Shown here in pieces: positions 58,322-64,000 of a DNA stretch of 64,000 nucleotides. A program made the translations under genes and the position numbers. The first letter of the stretch is position 1. The number at the start of each line of letters is the position of its first letter. The stretch covers positions 7,805-71,804 of the forward strand of contig JAJDYR010000037.1 in NCBI GenBank assembly GCA_022825065.1. The letters are read 5' to 3'. The DNA is from a bacterium. GTDB taxonomy: Bacteria > UBA8248. The notes beneath the pieces are model-generated. The model worked only from the letters and a program-made list of their open reading frames with translations. It did no database searches and was not told where the DNA came from.

Positions 58322-59452
58322 ATGGCGGATAAAAAGGAACTCGGGCTGGCCATCGTCGGCTGCGGGGTCGTGGGGCGCATGCGGGGCGCGCTGGCCAGGG
58401 ATTTCCCCGGGATCGGCTGGATCGGCCTCTCCGACATGAACGAGAAGGTCGGGCGGAATCTCAAGGATGACATCGGGGCCGATTTCTTCACCACTGATTT
58501 CAAGGAACTCATCGCCCGGCCCGAGGTGGATGCGGCGATCATCGCCACCTCGACCTGGGCGCACGTCGAACCCACGCTCGCCGCGGCGGAGCGCGGCCTG
58601 CCCATGCTGATCGAAAAACCGCTCGCCACGGACGCGCGCGAGTCGGCCTCGGTGCTCGCGGCGATAGAATCTGCCGGCGTGGACGCCGTCGTCGGCTACA
58701 CCCAGCGTTTTCGCAGGCGTTTTCTCGCTGTCAAGGATCGCGTCGATAACGGCCAGATAGGCGACGTCACGGCGGCGGTCACGCGCGCCTTCATGAACCG
58801 CATGGCGCCGACAGGTGAGGTTCGTCTCTCGCAGGACCGCCGGTTCCTGACGCCCATGGTCGTTTCCGGCACCCACAGCCTCGACATGTGCCTGTGGCTG
58901 ATGGGCGACGCCAAGCCGGTCTCCCTCTATGCGCGTTCGACCGAGGGGATATTGAGCGATCTCGGCACCAAGGACGCCACCTTCGGCGTGTTCACGATGG
59001 ACAGCGGCGCCATCTGGAGCATGAACATCTGCTGGGCGCTGCCCAAGGAGTGGCCAGGGGCTGTGTATGGACTCGAAATCGGCATCGTGGGCACCAAGGG
59101 CGTGGTGGACATCGAGGATACGCACCGCGACGTGGTGATGGCGTCTGAATTCTCGCAGGGTCCCGCCTATAACCCCGAGGACCTCAACCTGGAAGCGCGG
59201 CGAAACGTCGAATTTCTCACCAGCTTCCCGCCGGGCGACATGTATGACGGGGAACTCTGGGGTCCCATGCGCGAGGAAACGAACTCCTGGTTCCAGCGGA
59301 TCTATTCGGGCAAGCGCACCCCCCACGCGACCGCCGCCGAGGGGCACCGCAACCTCGTGCTGACCATGGCGATGGACCTCTCGGCCAAGCGAGGCGAAGA
59401 GTTGAAGCTGCCCATCGATCCAGCGGAGTTGATGGCGGGTCTGGAAGCGTAG
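58322..59452 (+). CDS. Gfo/Idh/MocA-family NAD(P)-dependent oxidoreductase
   Basis: N-terminal Rossmann LGLAIVGCGVVGR, then ...EKPLA..., and a C-terminal a/b domain. Confidence 0.75.
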   Translation: MADKKELGLAIVGCGVVGRMRGALARDFPGIGWIGLSDMNEKVGRNLKDDIGADFFTTDFKELIARPEVDAAIIATSTWAHVEPTLAAAERGLPMLIEKPLATDARESASVLAAIESAGVDAVVGYTQRFRRRFLAVKDRVDNGQIGDVTAAVTRAFMNRMAPTGEVRLSQDRRFLTPMVVSGTHSLDMCLWLMGDAKPVSLYARSTEGILSDLGTKDATFGVFTMDSGAIWSMNICWALPKEWPGAVYGLEIGIVGTKGVVDIEDTHRDVVMASEFSQGPAYNPEDLNLEARRNVEFLTSFPPGDMYDGELWGPMREETNSWFQRIYSGKRTPHATAAEGHRNLVLTMAMDLSAKRGEELKLPIDPAELMAGLEA

Positions 59453-59492
59453 GGCATTCCTGGAAATTCAATCAGTAGGACTGAGCAAATAC

Positions 59493-60650
59493 ATGGCGAC
59501 GCGGGAGTTGGGGATCATTCTGCACGGGGCGACGGGCGGCATCTGCTCCTTCCAGCACCTGAGAAACTCGCTCGTTCCCATCATCAATGAGGGCGGCCTC
59601 GACGTAGGCGGCGAGAGAATCCTGCCGAGGCCCCTGCTCGTCGGCAGGAGCGGGGAGCGCCTCGCGAAGCTGGCGGCGGAACACGGCGGCCTCGACTGGA
59701 CGACGGACTTAGACGCGGCGCTTGAGAACGCAGCGTATCCCGTCCTCTTCGACGCGGCGGCCACGCACTTGCGGGTGGGCGTATTAGAGCGCGCCATCGC
59801 CGCGGGGAAGCACATTTATACCGAAAAACCCGTCGCGCCAACCGTGCAGGAGGGGACGGCGCTTCTGCGCGCCGCGCAGGCGGGGGGCCTCAAGCATGGC
59901 GCGGTGGAGGACAAGCTCTTCCTGCCGGGGTTTTTGAAACTCAGGCGGGTGGTGGAGAGCGGTTTTCTGGGCCGCATCATCGGTTTTCAGATCAACTTCG
60001 GCTGGTGGGTGTTCGACGGGGTCGAGGCGGAATGCCAGCGCCCGAGCTGGAACTACCGAAAGGCGGGCGGCGGCGGACTCATCTCGGACATGCACCCCCA
60101 CTGGCGCTACGTCGTCGAGGGAACCCTGGGGCCGATTGCGCGCGTTGCGGCGCTCTCCTGGACGGGGCAGACCGAGCGCGCCGACGAGGGAGGGGAGCGC
60201 TTCGATGTTGACGTGGAGGATAACGCGCATACGCTTCTGGAACTCGAAAGCGGGGCGCGCGGCGCGATTCTGAGCTCCTGGTCCACCCGGGTGCGGCGTG
60301 AGGACCTGGTGACCTTCCAGGTGGATGGAACCGGCGGCTCCGCGGTGGCGGGGTTAAGAAAGTGCTGGAAGCAGGCGGCGGGCGATACGCCGTTGGTGCG
60401 CGGTTTCCTGATGGGCCGCGACGCGGACACGATGGACGTCTCGGTGGATTACCGCGAAAATTGGGAAGAAGAACTCGACACCGCGCCATATAAAAATCCC
60501 TATCGCTACGGCTGGGAGCGCTTCATCCGCCACGTGGCGGGCGATGAGCCTTTCTACGCCGATCTCTCCGCAGGCATCCGCGACGTGCGACTCGCCGAAG
60601 CATGCCTCAAAAGCGCGCAAGAGGGTGGTTGGGTGGAGATGGGGTGTTGA
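59493..60650 (+). CDS. Gfo/Idh/MocA-family oxidoreductase (second, divergent paralog)
   Basis: ...ILHGATGGI... Rossmann, ...HIYTEKPVA... motif. Confidence 0.7.
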   Translation: MATRELGIILHGATGGICSFQHLRNSLVPIINEGGLDVGGERILPRPLLVGRSGERLAKLAAEHGGLDWTTDLDAALENAAYPVLFDAAATHLRVGVLERAIAAGKHIYTEKPVAPTVQEGTALLRAAQAGGLKHGAVEDKLFLPGFLKLRRVVESGFLGRIIGFQINFGWWVFDGVEAECQRPSWNYRKAGGGGLISDMHPHWRYVVEGTLGPIARVAALSWTGQTERADEGGERFDVDVEDNAHTLLELESGARGAILSSWSTRVRREDLVTFQVDGTGGSAVAGLRKCWKQAAGDTPLVRGFLMGRDADTMDVSVDYRENWEEELDTAPYKNPYRYGWERFIRHVAGDEPFYADLSAGIRDVRLAEACLKSAQEGGWVEMGC

Positions 60651-60697
60651 TGGGTGGAGTGGTATGGGGTTGAACGGGCACTGATCTGAGGATAAAT

Positions 60698-61249
60698 CTA
60701 ATCGGACTCGGTGGAGTCTGTGTTTTCGGACTCAAAGAAATCGGGAATTTGTATTTTGGCTATCAAAGCAGCGGTGTCAACAAATTCGTAGCCAACTTCG
60801 AGTTCCCCGGACTGACGAGCAATCGCCGATCCGAATCGGGTAAGAAGCAGGACAAAAACAGTGCTGAGCTCTGCCGTACTGTAAGTACCGAGACGAGCCA
60901 TATTGTTTTCAATTGCGTTGTTGGCCTGAATAAAAGCATCAATAATGGGGTCTGAATCTTGTGTGTCTTGTTTCAGGACGTTAGTAGGCGGCAACTCATC
61001 TTTCATTTCAATGGTTAAGACATCTTTCCGTTTGAGGTCTAAGGCTTCACATATTTGATTAGCGGTTTCGAGTGAGATAGGTTCTCCCCTAATAGCACGC
61101 TGGTATGTACGGAAGTTGATCTCCATTAACTCCGCTGCCGCTTGCTGGGAAGTTATGCCTTGTTCGAGCCTGTGCTTTTCGACTAATTTTCCCTTCAACC
61201 GTACTTTTGTTCTCTCTGCCTTTTTGTTCAGTTGCTGGTTCATCTTCAT
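60698..61249 (-). CDS. XRE-family helix-turn-helix transcriptional regulator with uncharacterised C-terminal domain, low-GC
   Basis: HTH ...GITSQQAAAELMEINFRTYQRAIRGE... GC is about 42% versus ~64% in the flanks. Confidence 0.6.
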   Translation of the reverse strand: MKMNQQLNKKAERTKVRLKGKLVEKHRLEQGITSQQAAAELMEINFRTYQRAIRGEPISLETANQICEALDLKRKDVLTIEMKDELPPTNVLKQDTQDSDPIIDAFIQANNAIENNMARLGTYSTAELSTVFVLLLTRFGSAIARQSGELEVGYEFVDTAALIAKIQIPDFFESENTDSTESD

Positions 61250-61527
61250 TTTCTCCTTCTATTTTGGTTGATATTGCGACCTCCGGTACGGGCTCCCATC
61301 TCTTCGTCGTGGTTATACGCGGCTGTGGCAAACATTCATAATTTACTCGATTTCACCGCACATCCGATAGGTATTTTGATACGACAGAAATACGACAGTA
61401 ATTCGGCGCAAAGCCGCCAGACCCGCGCAATTCCCTCTTTCCCATTGCCAATAATAAGCACACTGATTTCATTCAAATAACGGGGCGAGCATCAGTTTGT
61501 TTCATCGCTGGCCTTCAGGCTCAAATT

Positions 61528-62019
61528 CTATGCAACAGGATCCCGCCCGCCGCCGTGGTTGGTTACGTCCGCCTCATTCAGTTGAATGAATGCCTGCGCG
61601 AGGACGATGGCGGCGGTGTTGGCGAGGTTGTAGGAGCGGATCGGTCCGGGCATGGGCACGTAAATCCGCCGCTCGGGCCAGCGCGCGTGCCACGCATCGG
61701 GAAGCCCTGTGTTTTCGTTTCCCAGGAGCAGCACGTCTTCGTCCCGGTATGAGACCCGGTCGAAGCGCGAAGCGCCAAACTTCGTGATGAGCCAGGGCGT
61801 TCTCTCGCCCAGCCATTCGAGAAAGCGGGCTTCGTTCTCGTGGATGGTGAGCTTCACGTCGGGCCAGTAATCCAGCCCCGCTCTTTTTAAGGAATTGTCC
61901 GAAAAATCGAATTTCGCAGGCTCGATGACGTGCAGATGCGCTCCCATCCCCACGCACAAGCGGCCGATGTTCCCGGTGTTCTGCGGAATCGCGGGATGAT
62001 AGAGAGCGACGTGGAGCAT
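61528..62019 (-). CDS. trmL: tRNA (cytidine/uridine-2'-O)-methyltransferase, SpoU family
   Basis: 163 aa: MLHVALYHPAIPQNTGNIGRLC..., ...LLLGNENTGLP..., ...SYNLANTAAIVL... Confidence 0.8.
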   Translation of the reverse strand: MLHVALYHPAIPQNTGNIGRLCVGMGAHLHVIEPAKFDFSDNSLKRAGLDYWPDVKLTIHENEARFLEWLGERTPWLITKFGASRFDRVSYRDEDVLLLGNENTGLPDAWHARWPERRIYVPMPGPIRSYNLANTAAIVLAQAFIQLNEADVTNHGGGRDPVA

Positions 62020-62057
62020 GTCATTCTATTCGAAAAGAGAGAAACCGAAACCGAGCG

Positions 62058-63374
62058 TTATCCCGAGACGGCGCCGCGAACGCTCGCCTTGTCCACCGCG
62101 TCGGTGAGAATGTCCATCGCCTGATCCATCTGCCCCTCCGTCGTGGTGGCCGGCGGCACGAAGCGGAGCACGCTTCCCCCGCGACGCTGGCTGAAGATGA
62201 GGCCGTTCTCCAGACACCGGCGGTTGATCTCGCTTCCCTGTCTGGTGGCGGGCGTTTTCGTGCGCCTGTCCTCCACCAGTTCGATCCCTTGCAAAAGTCC
62301 CCGGCCCCTGATGTCGCCCACCATTTCATACTGCTCGCCCAGCCAGGTGAGGCGCTCTCTCAGGTGTGCGCCGATTTTTCTCGCCTTGGCGGGCACGTCT
62401 TCCTGTTCGATGACGTCTAAGCTCGCCACACCCGCGGCGCAGGCGAGCGGGTCGTTGGTGTGCGAATGGGTGACGACGAACTCGGTGGACGCAATCTTGT
62501 CTTCCACCTCGGCGCTCGTCGAGACCGAAGAGATGCTCACGCCGCCGCCGAAGTGTTTCGCCAGCGTCACCACGTCGGGCACCACCTCGTCCTTCTCGAA
62601 GCCGAACATCGTGCCCAGCTTGCCGAGTCCCGTCTGCTCGTCGTCCACGATGAGGAGCATGTCGCGCTCCTCGCAGCTTTCCTTGAGCTTCTTGAGCCAT
62701 CCGGGGGGCGGCTCCACCACCCCGCCCGCGCTGAACAGGGGCTCGGTGATGACGGCGGCAGGCTTGCTCGTCGTTTGCGCGTCGATGAGTTCGAAGCTCG
62801 TGTCCAGGCAGGCGATCTCGCAATCGGGGAATTTCTGGGCGAGCGGACAGCGGTAGCAATAGGGCGCGACCATCGCCATGCTCCCCGGCGAGAGCGGCCC
62901 GTGCCCGCTGTGCCAGCCTGCGAAGGTGAGCGAACGCGCCGTGTCGGAGAGGCCGTGAAAGCTGATGTGGGGGCTCGCCACCTCGAAGCCGTCGGTGTAT
63001 TTGCGGGCGATCGTCACCGCCGCCTCGTTGGCGTCGGCGCCCGATCCCAGAAAGAGGCTTTTCTCGAGCGGGGGCGGCAGCAGCGCGCCCAGGCGTTCGG
63101 CGAGGATGATTTCCTGGTCGTTGAAGAAGCTGCTGTGCGCGTGAATCAGCTCATCGCAGCTTTTCTTGATGGCGTCCGTGACGGTGGGGTGGTTGTGTCC
63201 GAGGGCGGAGCACATCTGGCCCGAGTTGAAATCGAGGTACTGCTTGCCGTTCACGTCCTCGACGGTAGAACCCTCACCGCGCACAAAGACGGGCCCTGAG
63301 AAAACCGACTTGTCCACCCGGCCGCGGAAGCTGTATTTCTTGGCCGAATCGAGCAGGTCTTTTTCGCTTCGCAT
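62058..63374 (-). CDS. Class III (omega-type) PLP aminotransferase
   Basis: Start ATG 63374 with a GGAGG RBS. Motifs: ...LGHNHP..., ...LLIVDDEQTGLGKLGTMFGFE... (PLP Lys), ...GSGADANEAA... Confidence 0.8.
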   Translation of the reverse strand: MRSEKDLLDSAKKYSFRGRVDKSVFSGPVFVRGEGSTVEDVNGKQYLDFNSGQMCSALGHNHPTVTDAIKKSCDELIHAHSSFFNDQEIILAERLGALLPPPLEKSLFLGSGADANEAAVTIARKYTDGFEVASPHISFHGLSDTARSLTFAGWHSGHGPLSPGSMAMVAPYCYRCPLAQKFPDCEIACLDTSFELIDAQTTSKPAAVITEPLFSAGGVVEPPPGWLKKLKESCEERDMLLIVDDEQTGLGKLGTMFGFEKDEVVPDVVTLAKHFGGGVSISSVSTSAEVEDKIASTEFVVTHSHTNDPLACAAGVASLDVIEQEDVPAKARKIGAHLRERLTWLGEQYEMVGDIRGRGLLQGIELVEDRRTKTPATRQGSEINRRCLENGLIFSQRRGGSVLRFVPPATTTEGQMDQAMDILTDAVDKASVRGAVSG

Positions 63375-63617
63375 GGGAATGCCTCCATGGGTGTCGCGAG
63401 AGGGGACGCCCGGTGCGCTCCTCCCGCCAAGGCGGTTTTCTCGGCCGGAGCCGCGCTCCATGTAACGCTGATGTATGCTTTAATACTAGCGCATATTCAT
63501 GGATTCGGATATGGCTTATCATCGAGCCATGAGGCGGCGGTCTTCCAACGATGAATCGCCCGTGAAGCCGCGCGATTGCGCGAATCGTGGGCGTGATTTC
63601 CGGGAGGGTGGTTTCGA

Positions 63618-64000
63618 ATGAACATGGCGGAGTTTTTGGCCCGCGCGGCCAGAGCCTGCGGGGAGCGGCCGGCCATTTCGTATGGTGAAGCGGTCCACTG
63701 CACGTATGAGGAGTTCGCCCGGCGAGCGGGTTCCATGGCGGGTTTCCTGCGGGAATATCTTGGGATGAAGCCCGGGGACCGCGTCGCCATCACCATGAAG
63801 AATTGCCCGGCGTTTCTGGAGGTCCTCTACGCCATATGGCATGCGGGCTGCTGCGCTTTGCCCGTGAACGCGAAGCTTCATCCGAAGGAGATGGCCTTCA
63901 TCCTGGAGAATGCGGGCGCGCGCAGTTGTTTCGCCACTTCCGATTTGATGGGGACGGTGTCGCCGCTCGCCGATGAAATCGAGACGCTCGAGAGCGTGAT
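63618..64000 (+). CDS. AMP-dependent synthetase/ligase (acyl-CoA synthetase-like), 3' end outside window
   Basis: MNMAEFLARAARACGERPAISYGEA...GDRVAITMKNCPAFLEVLYAIWHAGCCALPVNAKLHPKEMAFILENAGARSCF is a typical ANL N-terminal domain. The ORF runs to the window end. Confidence 0.7.
   Translation, partial: MNMAEFLARAARACGERPAISYGEAVHCTYEEFARRAGSMAGFLREYLGMKPGDRVAITMKNCPAFLEVLYAIWHAGCCALPVNAKLHPKEMAFILENAGARSCFATSDLMGTVSPLADEIETLESV

Overview
This is a high-GC (about 63-65%) bacterial chromosomal segment with no rRNA genes or CRISPR arrays. Most of it is housekeeping and core metabolism.

Core genes, in order: an RND efflux pump (5' partial), a Zn-dependent alcohol dehydrogenase, queF, a Mo-hydroxylase large subunit, a class II (B12-dependent) ribonucleotide reductase nrdJ, lpdA, a class IV aminotransferase, an acyl-CoA dehydrogenase, a Dpp-type ABC importer lacking ATPase genes, a PBP4-family carboxypeptidase, recJ, a MidA-family methyltransferase, moaD-moaE, a Liv-type ABC importer with three tandem paralogous binding-protein genes, trpF-trpB-trpA, leuC-leuD-leuB-asd-mtnP-hemL-ftsB, two Gfo/Idh/MocA oxidoreductases, trmL, a class III aminotransferase and a 3'-partial AMP-dependent ligase. 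There are two tRNAs: tRNA-Ala(CGC) on the minus strand and initiator tRNA-fMet(CAT).

Accessory and unusual content:
- Two thiol-redox genes appear to carry in-frame TGA (selenocysteine) codons exactly at the catalytic Cys position: an AhpD-like/carboxymuconolactone decarboxylase protein (CxxU) and a periplasmic TlpA/peroxiredoxin-like thioredoxin-fold protein (UxxC).
- A roughly 6.5 kb mosaic accessory region at about 13.8-20.1 kb contains mazEF, an orphan dinJ antitoxin, a DUF5131 (phage Gp37/Gp68) three-Cys protein, a low-GC membrane-anchored pentapeptide-repeat protein, and a low-GC 2.4 kb insertion. The insertion carries a retropepsin-like aspartic protease, a metzincin-motif lipoprotein and small proteins, and is flanked by diverged 115-bp direct repeats that duplicate the lpdA 5' end.
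- A 3x ~100-bp tandem array of paired hairpins with covarying stems and conserved loops lies between the nrdJ stop and tRNA-Ala.
- At least three families of MITE-like palindromic repeats are scattered through the window.
- A fused membrane cytochrome-b / HdrD-like CCG Fe-S protein sits next to a stand-alone B12-binding domain protein and a di-heme c-type cytochrome lipoprotein.
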